Shown: in pieces, positions 52,761-64,000 of the stretch
How positions within the stretch are numbered: the first letter of the stretch is position 1
How the letters are laid out: every line of letters begins with the position of its first letter
Origin: Octopus bimaculoides
Lineage: Eukaryota
Assembly: GCF_001194135.2 (NCBI RefSeq)
Contig: NC_068986.1
Coordinates: 83,143,041 to 83,207,040 of the forward strand
DNA length: 64,000 nt
Reading direction: 5' to 3'
The notes under the pieces: generated by a model
What the model was told of the DNA's origin: nothing
Database searches by the model: none
The model's input: only the letters and a program-made list of their open reading frames with translations
Position numbers and translations under genes: made by a program

Positions 52761-53311
52761 TCAATCACTAGTTCTGACTACCTCAGTTACTCTCTCTATC
52801 CCTGTTTCTGTTAACAGAACTACTAATTCCATTTACAAAGTCACCCTTATCTTTCAAGAAGAATTTATACACCTGTTTCTTGCCTGCTTGGCTAAGAGAC
52901 TCCTCTATCTTGATTCCTGCACACAGAACACATCCACTTGATTATGGTTTAGCATTTCTGCAAGCTCATCTGACCTACTTCTCATCACGCCAACATAGGG
53001 TGACTGCCATAAATTTTTGACCTGACAGGAAGAGCAGGTCTTCCAGTGGTACTAAGGTTGGCTTGTTTTGGTTCTCAAACTCTGAAATAAAAAAGGTGTG
53101 TGCAATATACTGCGATCCTTGTACATCTTGTACACAACAAAGATAATTTCTGCAACTAGTTGATTTGCTATTTATTCTACCATTCACTGACAAACCACAA
53201 CAAAAATCATTGTCAGTCATTGCCACTTTTAGAGAGCATTAGTGAAAGGAACATTCATTGGCACAAGTACACAAGCAGATGTAAGGATGAGTGTGTGTGT
53301 ATGTATGTATG

Positions 53312-53367
<56 letters not shown>

Positions 53368-54347
53368 TATACATAACCATGATAGTGGGAGCAAGGGGAT
53401 TGAGTGTGAGAACTGAGAATGATGATGGCTCCATTAGCCAATGTAGTGAAAGGCAGCGATGTTGCAAGCAAAGTAAGTGGAAAACACATTGCTCAAAAAG
53501 AAAATCTTAGCTTTGAAACATCAAGGTCTGGCAAATTTTACATAATGTTCTGAGTGAAAAAAAAAACCTCATTAAATTGTGCATAAAACATTAGAATGAT
53601 ATCAATAAATTAGGTAGATAGATGGCAGGAAAAAGAGGGAAGACAAATTGAAAGAGAGAGGCTGACTGAGTGGGTCAGTATGCTTAGTCTTGAAACAATA
53701 AGGTATGTATGTTTAAAGAGAAGAAAGAAATAGAAAAACCAGCATGGCCATAGGTTTCAAGAAGTGATCAAATAGAAAGGATTAATGAATTTAAATTATG
53801 GCCAGCAAAAATTGAGAAAGAAAATGGTTCAAAGAGAAAATCTGAAATTTTAAACATTACACTTACAGCAAGGAAAATTTTACAATTCATTCTTTCAGAG
53901 CCCAAACAATCAAATGATATACAAAACCTTAAGAACAATATCAATATTTAGCTAGCTAGAGCAATAGGGAAAAAAGACACACACATACATAATGGGTTTC
54001 TTTCAGTATCTGTCTACCAAATTTATTCACGTGGTTTTGATTAGACTGGGGACAGAGAAGATACTTGCCCAAGATGTTGTGCAGTGGGACTGAATCCAAG
54101 ACCACATGGTTGCAAAGTGAACTTCTTTAGAGTCATGCTTGCACCTATGGTGATGACATGTTAAATATTTGGTATTTGGTATGGATACTATACTGCGCTT
54201 CAGAATGCATCTATGGATTTTTAGCCAATACTGCATGTAATAGATGTAAACATCTTCAAATACACTGTATAGCTTTGAAAGATAACAGTTGATGTATCAG
54301 TTGCCACAAATGTGGTATACATGTATATGTAAGTTAGTAGGTTTTTA

Positions 54348-54905
54348 GGATCTTTTTTAAAACGGGGGCCACATTTTTCATTAACGAAACACTTTGAAAC
54401 TTGGAACACTGGTAGAATGTGTCATATAAAACATCTTTTTCTCTTAGTCTTCTTAAAAGAAAAAAGAAATCCATAAATTATTCCATGTTAAAGTTGTCGT
54501 ATTTCTGTAATTTCAACCAATCACTGACGTCCATTCAGCCGATATACATTAAGCGCCGACTACATAAACAAACGATTCTGAAACAATTAACCCTAACCCT
54601 AACCCTAACTCTAACCCTAGGGTTAGGGTTGTTAAAGCAAATTTAAAATGAAAAAAGCAAATAAAACGAAGAATCGTTTGTTTATGTAGTCGGCACTTAA
54701 TGTATATCGGCTGAATGGACGTCAGTGATTGGTTGAAATTATCGAAATAAGACAATTTTTTACATGAAATAAATTCGAATACAAAAATATTTTTCTGTTC
54801 TATAACACAAAATAGATAAGTATACGAAGTTTGAAAGTCTTTCGGTACCAAAAACACTACGTAAAACATTAATGAAAAATGTGGCCCCCGTTTTAAAAAA
54901 GATCC
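54348..54905. mobile_element. Intact 558-bp MITE: 37-bp perfect TIR, 8-bp TSD, inner 71-bp inverted repeats, telomeric-repeat core (possibly Merlin-type)
   Basis: TIRs 54348-54384 and 54869-54905; TSD ggttttta at 54340-47 and 54906-13; inner IR 54509-54579 and 54670-54740 (1 mismatch); CCCTAA-type repeats then GGGTTAGGGTT at 54591-54630. Confidence 0.92.
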
Positions 54906-55425
54906 GGTTTTTAAAGTAGTATCTTTGTGGACATTTAAAGAGGATAATCAGTCACTAATGAAACCCAAAGCATGATGGAATTTGGATTTTATGTCTATGG
55001 AAGGACATCTTTTAGTATATTCCTTCTCTTTACAAACACATTAGTCTCCATACATTTGTATGTCTATATAATTTTATCAATCTATTTTGTAGATATTTAT
55101 GCATGCATAGCTCTTTGCGTGTATATGTTATGTGTGTTTTTGTGCATGCATATACATTCATATCAGTCTGCATTAGAATCTACTTACGTGTTCATGTATG
55201 GGCCTCTCACTAGTCATGATGCTTTTCTGCATCCACTTTCTCTCTCTCATCCACCCACATACGAACAGATGGTTTTCTGTTCCTACTACACAATACCATC
55301 TCCTAAACATTACTTAACACCTCCCATAAACAAACTATTAATCAAATTGACTCCAACTAAAATGCCTTCTCAACTTCACCATTCAGACATTACATTGTGT
55401 TCTCTGAATATAGATATATGTATGC

Positions 55426-55514
<89 letters not shown>

Positions 55515-56358
55515 TATATGTAAATAAAATTTATGTATATACATATCAATCTATTCCATGACCTTGTTGCTTCCTCCGTTACAGATAAGAAATATGCCAG
55601 CTTTCAGATTTATTGAGAATTTACCACTTTCAACGAATTTTTGAAAAATAGGCCGTATGTATGGTAGCTGTATGGCCGAAAAATTTGCTTCCTAATAATG
55701 TGACACCTTATGCAAGTGTCTCCAGCTAACCAAAGCTTTGATAGTAGATTTGGTAGATAGAAAGTGAACGTTTTAGGGGTTCAACATTCTATGCTCATCT
55801 ATCTTTTATTTGTTGTAAGGGGAAGAGAATATGCCCATAGCTTTTGTAAGCTCTTGGATATCACTAATGATGCTACAGAACTCCAATATGACAGCTGCAG
55901 GAAAAACATGAAAAGGAAATTCCAGAGTTGACATTCTGGGGAGGAAAGATTGAGTATAGTGGTTAGCACAGGAAAATATGAGAGAAGAGAGAGAGAGATG
56001 AATGAGCTAGACAACCCTGAATAGAATGGTATGAAATCAGCCAGCTCAGAGGAATAGGGGTCAGGGTTATAGTGGTAGAAAAAAGAAAAAAAAGAGGAGC
56101 CAGAATATAGAATGCTTGTTTGTATGTAGGAAGTAGCAGCATCTTACAAGATATAGAAACAATATTTTGTTATGTCTCACTTGAGCTTTGTAACTATTAA
56201 GAACAGCAATTCTCTGGCCCTGAAGAGAAAGACCAACCTTTGTGATGCAATTTTTGTTGAAATAAAGATATAAGATTGTCATGAGAGATCATCAATGATA
56301 GTGAAGGTTAGCATTTGTAGTGACTTTGAAGTTTTAGTTGCTTATTCTTTATGTGTGA

Positions 56359-56579
56359 CCCTTCAGCATTCAAATTATTCTGTCAAAAGTAATGCTTATT
56401 TTTTTCACACCGTTTTGAATTAATCATGCAATATTTTGTAGTTTTGAGATTTTCATGAGGTAACTGTTAATTTTTAGAATGATATTGTAAGATTGGTGTG
56501 AGAGGCCAGACACTGCCAGTTTGAACATAAAATAGGTAGAATATCTTGGCCAGATATGGCTGGTTTAAATGCAAAAGAG
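56359..56579. mobile_element. piggyBac-like MITE
   Basis: cccttcagcatt ... aatgcaaaagag + ttaa; homologous to 8209-8410. Confidence 0.55.
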
Positions 56580-56925
56580 TTAAGGAAGACAAGATTGTTT
56601 CCTTGATATATGTAGCAATTGTGTCTTTATGCTACTGAAGAAAACAAGACTGGCATAACTCTAACGGAAAATGCTTTTGGTCCATGAAGACATACATTTA
56701 GCATGGTGTCAAAGTTGCATATGGATGTATGAGGGGACAGTATGCAGATCATTGACAGAAGTGTGTGTGTGGAGAATAAAACTAAACTTTGGGACATCAG
56801 AGTTGACAGTTAGAGAGAGCTCCATTCACATAGATCATAACAGTGCAATCCAATAGAAAACCTATGATTCAAGGCATTAGCAGTGGATAGAGCCCATAGG
56901 CTTTAGTTAAGTTTGGAGAATTGTA

Positions 56926-57200
56926 TGCCAGACAGAGTCAAATGCAATTAGTCTATCAAGCCAAGATATTGATAAACAATCAGAAAAACTACATCTGCCT
57001 CAAGCAAAAGATTCAGGAACAGGCATGCTCAACATATTCACTCATTGAAATTTATAAATTCCATAAAACTAACACTATATATTACTAAGTTGAGGAAAAG
57101 AGCATCAACAATATTGAAATACTCTGGTCTGCTGTCTAAACTAAACACCCCTATATTAATGGATCAAAAGGATACTTTCACTGAAGAATAATATAACACC
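56926..57200 (+). mobile_element. Penelope-like GIY-YIG endonuclease relic
   Basis: Across frameshifts: CQTES...VYQAKILINNQKNYICL...KRFRNRHAQHIHS...EILWSAV...PYINGSK, matching the PLE pattern VYxA...YIGL...FKxRxxxHxxS...IxW...PY..GSKRC. Confidence 0.7.
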
Positions 57201-59389
57201 CTTCTAAGATATTAAACAAAAGATGAGATACTCTAAACATGACAGCCAACATATGGAAATTAACAAATCCCTTTATCACATACCTGTTCATCACTTATGC
57301 CACTATTACCCATTGCCTTCACCTGTCATATTTATGCCCCTATTGCTCATATTAATCTCACTGCACTTCATTGCCAATATGACAAAGGATCTTTTCTATT
57401 TACTGAATGAGATGTGATCCTCTGACACACCTAGTAGAAGCAACAACTCAGCCAACCCATGCCAGCATGGAAATACACCTATATTGTCCTTTCACCAACA
57501 TTACACTTTCCTTATCACCCTTGCTCTCTTACCTAACTTGAGGCATGTGCTTAAAGGACTTCATCAGATAGGCATGTACTTCAGCTATTCAACATATAGT
57601 CTCCCACTGGCCATTTGGTTTCAACATCCATCATCCAACCCCACCATTTACCCACCTCTTGTTATCCATCATACTCTCACTCCTCTCTAGTGCTGGTACC
57701 ATGATAACATGAATCCAGTGCACTGTTAAATGTGATGTCAGGTGTCTCATTAGTCTTGAAGATGTGGACAACCTCCCTAGTGCTGATGCCATGAACAAAA
57801 TACCCAGTATACTCAGTACAGTGGTTGGTTGTAGAGAGGGCATTCTGCCATAGAAACCAAGCCAAAAATAAAACTTTGGGCCTCTGACCCATGTGAAAGC
57901 AAATGTAAAATGACAATTTCCCCCATACCTTGATAGTTTGTATTTCAGATTAGTTCATGGTCATTATAAGCCATAAACTCACTGGAAACTGGAGGTGTTT
58001 GAAATTGAAATGTAAACCCTTGAACAGTCAAAATAGTTTCTTTTAGTAAGTTATTTGACTAATTAACTGGTGTCATTGAAACATCAAAATTACAAAGTCA
58101 GATGACTGGTGCTTCTCCTTTTAGTTTCAAGTTGTGACATTGTATTGTTGAGGATTGAAGTGCACTGAATTTGAATCATGTTACTAATGTCTTTTCAAAC
58201 TGAGATATTATTTGTATGAAAATTCTTGACAGGCAATTTATTAAAGTATTCTGCAACTTAATTTTTGGCAGTGTCACTCTTTAGAGTAAGCGGTGCTCTT
58301 TCTTATATTAATGTTTCAGTAATCTTTTAGTAAATTCAAGAAAACTTTGTCTATCATTTTTATTATAATCAAAGTGATTCTCAAGTTGGTTGATGGGATT
58401 TTCACTTTGATTAATATCTGTATTTTGAAACAAGAGATTTCTAAAGGAAAAGTTCTTACAATCCCTTTGTTTACACAACACTCATGCTGATCTGATGATG
58501 CAGGGTGTGATGTGCACACTTCAAGCATGTTTGAATTTCAATTATAGATGTTCTACAGAAAATTGCTAGAAATGTCCCAAGAAAAGTAGGCCATAGATTA
58601 CTTCAGCACTTTTTTTTTTATATAATGAAGTGTCTAGAGAGGTGCATCAAATACACACACACACATACATGTGTTTGAGTACTTTTGTACAAATTTCATT
58701 CATCGTATATGGTGGAGCTTGAAATAAATATTGGAGGAGGCTTGTATATTATTCTTTTGAAAAACTTTATGAAGTTCTGTCTTCATTACAATTAGAAAAT
58801 TCAGCAAAGATAATATATCTAAATTGTGATAAACATGGTATACATGTTTTCAATTATATGCAAAAAACAAATGATATTACAAAACTAGTTACTCTATATC
58901 ACAAATACCAATTTTATCAATATACATCAAGAAGTTTTTTAATGATATTTCTATCACATTTACTGCTCACAAAAATAAACTCATAATAATTCAAAATTAG
59001 TATTTGGCAAGTGTTTTTCCATGCATATAACAGAGTGGTAGCTGTTTTTTATGCAGAGATGTCTAAAGACAACAGACTCATAAACATGTCTTGCATCTTC
59101 CAAATGAGCTTATTAACCAACATAAAAGTATTTAATTTACTCTTGGCACATATTTCAACAGCTACTGTGCAGTCAGAAACTGCCAAACTCAGTGCATGAT
59201 CAATTAGTTACAAATAAAGATCTGCACAAAACAGTTTTGTGTTGACTGATCTGAATCTATCAGATTAGTATACCAGAGAATAGGTCAGAGTATGTTACTG
59301 AGTTGTAACAGATAACTGATTCCTTCTCATTTCAAAAGCTACATATTTGTCTTTATTCAGATGTTTGTTTTGAAGTGGAGTTTTCTAGA

Positions 59390-59838
59390 TACAGTTCTAT
59401 ATTTAAGAGATGAGGAATTATGTACATTTGATGGATATTTGTCCTCATCTTGTTTGTTGTTAACACGTTTCGGCTGATATACCCCCCCCCCNNNNNNNNN
59501 NNNNCCCCCCCCCAGCCTTCATCAGGTGTCTTGGGGAAATTTTGAACCTGGGTTCTCATTCCTAAGGTATTTTTCGATAATATTATTATTATTCAGGTCA
59601 CTGCCTGGAATCTAACTCAGAGTCTTGGGGTTAGCAGCCTGCGCTCTTAACCCCTAGATTCCAACTTCGATTCCAGGCAGTGACCTGAATAATAATAACA
59701 TCAAAAAATACCTTAGAAATGAGAACCCAGGTTCAAAATTTCCCCAAGACACTTGATGAAGGCTGGAGGGTATATCAGCCGAAACTTTGTGTCAACAACA
59801 AACAGGATGAGGACAAATATCCGTCAAATGTAAATAAT
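59390..59838. mobile_element. Head-to-head pair of a tRNA-headed, HHR-containing SINE-like element
   Basis: The left copy (minus, about 59654 to 59390) and right copy (plus, about 59651-59838) are reverse complements over about 170 nt. tRNA-like head GGTTAAGAGCGC-AGGCT-GCTAA-CCCCAAG...GAGTTAGATTCC; HHR in both arms. Confidence 0.8.
59748..59793 (+). ncRNA. Minimal type I hammerhead motif (mutated copy); second copy on the minus strand at 59462-59530
   Basis: GACAC-TTGATGA-A-GGCTG-gagggtatat-CAGCC-GAAAC-TTT-GTGTC. The minus copy keeps CTGATGA and GAAACGT but has a 3-nt deletion in the stem I 3' strand and an N gap in loop II. Confidence 0.7.
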
Positions 59839-60070
59839 ATAGTTTTCCAGATGTTTCACAGTAGATAATAATCTTCCTGTTATATCATGCTTTTTCATAA
59901 AATTTACAGCTGTTGACAGTCACTGTGATGCTACTTCATAATCTTGATGTCCAATGACACCAATTAGTAGTCAAATAACTTACTGGAAGAAACTATTTTA
60001 ACTGTTCATGGGTTTACATTTCTTCTATGTCAAATATCAAGACAAGTTTTATAAGGTCCTGAGTTATGTA

Positions 60071-60559
60071 TTGGGATGTCAAATGAAATTCTCCATTTCC
60101 TTCCAATGTTATTTAAATGTAAAATATTTCTATCACAGTTTTATGGAGTTTTTAGCTTTATTCTTCCTCTACAACTTTTTATTTATCATTTTTGAAATTT
60201 GAATAAATTTTACCTCTTTTCAGACATGTGACAATGAAGTGCCACATAATTCAAAAGCTCAGTTGGGAAGTTCTACCATGCCTGCCATATTCTCCTGATA
60301 TAGCACCTTCAAATTATCACCTTTATCAGTTGCTATCCATCAATCTGCAAGGTGTCTCATTCAACACTGACATGAAGCTGAAAATATGGCTCTATGAATT
60401 CTTCAAGTCAAGACTTCGTAATTTCTACCATCAAGACATTGAAAAGAACACTAGCAAGTCATGATCAATGAAGGAGAATATATTATCAGTTGATTTGTTA
60501 AAACTGTTGATAAAAATAAGAATTAAAATGGTAAAAAATTCATTCATCTGGCAACTGAA
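60071..60559 (+). mobile_element. Mariner deletion derivative
   Basis: WEVLPCLPYSPDIAPSNYHLY (mariner YSPDLAPSDYHLF); degenerate TIRs (12/17) each flanked by TA. Confidence 0.8.
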
Positions 60560-63500
60560 TATAATTGCTGGGTTTCACCAACTTTTTGATGAAATAGATT
60601 TATCTAAATTTGTGATCATTCCTACTTCCAAACAATTGGACCTGGTCACTTATAAGCTTAGTATGGCTGTTTGTTTGGGACTTAGTGACGTCCTTTCAAA
60701 AACAACTGTTCTATATTTGAATATTTGCAGTTCCAGCATGATTTCTATCAAAGAGGGCGTTTTCCTGACTAAGCCATAAAAAAAATGTTTATTCTACAGC
60801 TGGTTACTTTAACCAGATGGAACATGCATTATAACTGTGTGACAGTGTGTGTGCATGTGATATGCACATACATCCAAATATAACATACATACATACTAAT
60901 ACTGAAACCTACACATGTATAATTAAATTGATCTAGGCTTTACTATTCTGAACAAATTTCTTTGAAATTATTTAGCTAGCAAAATTTAGTTGTGAAATGA
61001 TTGAGCAGAGTATCATATTCCAATTTTTTTCATTTATATATTTAAAAGGATATTCTCATATTTCTCAGTGCTAGAAGAAAAGGTTCTAGTTTAAACCAGT
61101 TCTTGATATAAGACCTTGATGGATTTTTTTTTTGGCATTGTTTACAACAATGACTATTCATACTGTTTATGGTGTTCAGTATTGCTTTTTCATGCAATTT
61201 CAATATAAATATCAGTTTTTCAACCCCAAAAATGGTATTTATATTTTGTCAGGTAAAATATTTCACTATTTTTAAGGTGTCATTTTCAAAATAGCAAAGA
61301 CTGAATTAAATTAATACTAATGAATGACAATAACATTTTAAAAACTGATTAACAACTAAAAACTATGGAAATAGTAACACACAGTGCAACTTCATATCAC
61401 TTCACTTCTGAATCACTTTAATGGTATTGATAGAATTAAATGTTGGGCCACTGTCAGCTCATCTATGCACAAGTTAAAATAGAAACCCAAATTAGGAATG
61501 CAAATTAACAAAACATTCTTCAATTTGTTTAACAACAGTGACTATCCCAGCCTCTGGTACCTACTTTCCTGCTAACACGAGTCAGACAGAATATGTTGAA
61601 GCAGATTTTCAATGGCTGGACAACCTTCCTGTTACCAAGCCCAACCTGTTTCTAGGGAAGGTAATATTTTCTCAGGGTCAGATATATTTTCTTTTCACAG
61701 ATTGGAAATGAACACCACAACAGTGATGCTTTTTTACAATTATGTGATGCCAAGACAATGTGCACATGCACACACACACATATATGTATGTGTATACCTA
61801 CACGCAACAAGCTTCTTCCATTGATCCTCTACCAAATCCACTTGTAAGGATTTGGTCAGCCTGGGCTATAGTCGATCTTACCCAAGATGCTTTGCAGTAA
61901 AAGTATACTTGACACTACATGGTTGTGAAGCAAGCTTCTTAACCATACAGCCACACCATGAATTAAGAGAACATTTAGTTAAAGAAGTGAAATATTTCCA
62001 CACTCTAGTAAATACATGAAAGTATCTTAGAAGGATATATCTATATCATGTAGAATGAGACTATATAACACTATAATATTCTGCTACAGTCTAAGTATGT
62101 TACACTTTAAATAAATACTATCTTAACTATATAAACAATGTTTATTTTATTTATAAGACAAATGGCTGATAAATATTTCAAATTAAGTGATATGTCTTTT
62201 TTTAATCCACAGCTCAAATGGGGCAACTGTTGCAATTCACTGTGACTATAGGCTCATGTTGAGCCCATTGTACATTCCTCTGATATGAAACTAATGATGT
62301 AGTACATGTATTAAGATTTGTTAAAGTATTACCAATATAGTAATACAGTATATCACTATAGATAGTTTATGTCTTTAATTTCACTCCATCATAAGATTGC
62401 TTAAAGTGTATGCATTATTCTTTCAACACATTTTTAATAATTTTAATAACAATCAGATTGGAAAGATGAAGAGAAGTGAACCAGCATTTTCTCAGATAGT
62501 TAGTTGTATGTAGCACTATCTAGAGCATGTGCACTTCTTCATGTAAGAATAAGAATACTAGACAATGACCCTCAGTGTAGAAGAGAGGACAAATGTACAA
62601 CTCCAGTTTGATGTTCTCTCCTAACTACAACTTATACAGACTTTACAACACCTCCTGAACACATCAGTAAAAATACAATTTTAAAGAAAATTATCAATTT
62701 TATAGTTCCCTGCTGACTTACTATAACCTCATTGTCTTCATAATTGTGGAATTTCCAGACACTACTAGTATCTAGTAATAAAAGTAAAAAAAAGTAAACC
62801 AAGTCACTGCAGTAAATAGAGAATGCCAGGAAATATTATATGGAAAATACTAACTTTATCATCATGTCACAAAAAAAAAAAAAAAAAAAAAAAAACCTAG
62901 CGCAATACTGCCTTATTTTTATTGTTCAGATAAAGTAGGATTTTCTCCACAATACTAATCACTAAATTATATACAAGAAAAAATATTGCACTCTTATATT
63001 TAAATTTAGCTGTCATACTCAGTGGGATGTTAAGATCACTAGGTTATTATATTGTCTTAACAAGACAGAAAACTATGAAAATAAAATTATTGCTCTAATT
63101 CAGATATATATCCTCTAAGATTACCTAGTTATTTTTTTCCTGGTCTCCACTGACTATCATCATCATGATGTATAATAAATGTTCATTTTGTTATTAATTC
63201 GCTGTATGTATAAACTGATCACTAAAGGATTTAATGTACTAAACCTTAACAGAATGTATATTTTTTAACACTCAAGCACCCGTGTATCCTCAACTGGTCA
63301 TAGTTACCTAACTTTAGATTTATTGTTCACATCATATGTTTTAGAGACAGCATCACAACTTTTTAACTATAATTAACCAATGGTTTATGACTTGCATAAA
63401 GTTTCAGCTAACCCAGGTCTATTCTATAGTTCAAGTCTGATGTTTAAAAACTCTTTTTTTTTTTTTTTCTATGTTTCAGTCATTAGACTGTGGCCATGTT

Positions 63501-64000
63501 GGGACACCATCTTGAAGAGTTTTAGTTGAACAAATTGAAACTGCTTAAAATTTTTTTATTTTAAAGTCTGATACTTATTCTCTTGGTCTCTCATGCCAAA
63601 ATGCTAAGTTACAGGGATGTAAACAAACCAACACCTGTTGCTAAGTGGTGATAGTGGACAAATACAAAGACATACATAGATACACATACATATGGCAGGT
63701 TTCTTTTACTTTCTATCTACCAAATACATTCACAAGGCTTTGGTCAGCCTCAGTATATAGTAGAAAACATCTGCTCAAGGTGCCACTCAGTGGGAGTGAA
63801 CCCAGAAACATGTGGTTGGGAAGCAAACTTCTTATCACACAGCCATTAAATCCTACAAAAAAAGTGAAATATGATATGAATAGTGTGACTTGCAGTTGCA
63901 TTTTCATGCAACAATAGAACGTTTTTAATAAATTCCTGCACTAATTAGAGGATTATAACTTCCCTCAAAGCTATATTGGTGCTGCACCACAACTTCCCTC

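Overview
AT-rich, gap-containing animal genomic DNA. The repeat content (tRNA-head SINEs, RTE LINEs ending in (GAT)n, compound TG/TA/TGTA microsatellites) looks like an octopus or cephalopod genome; this is inferred, not database-checked. Only one host coding exon is convincing: a minus-strand aldose 1-epimerase (GALM) exon at 1820-1953. The rest is intronic or intergenic and made of transposon relics: several RTE LINEs, an R4/Dong-type RLE LINE, a Gypsy 3' end with LTR, Tigger/pogo, mariner, Helitron Rep, a Penelope GIY-YIG fragment and MITEs. Nearly all listed ORFs are microsatellite, N-gap or decayed-TE artefacts. The most interesting signal is non-coding: at least three different hammerhead-ribozyme (HHR) sequences in Penelope-like (PLE) non-autonomous repeats. 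One (39841-39975) has a fully intact catalytic core, and an inverted copy of its downstream sequence stops exactly at the predicted cleavage site. A second forms the 3' part of a tRNA-headed SINE-like element present as a head-to-head pair (59390-59838). A second highlight is a two-copy MITE with 8-bp TSD, nested inverted repeats and a core of telomeric TTAGGG repeats.
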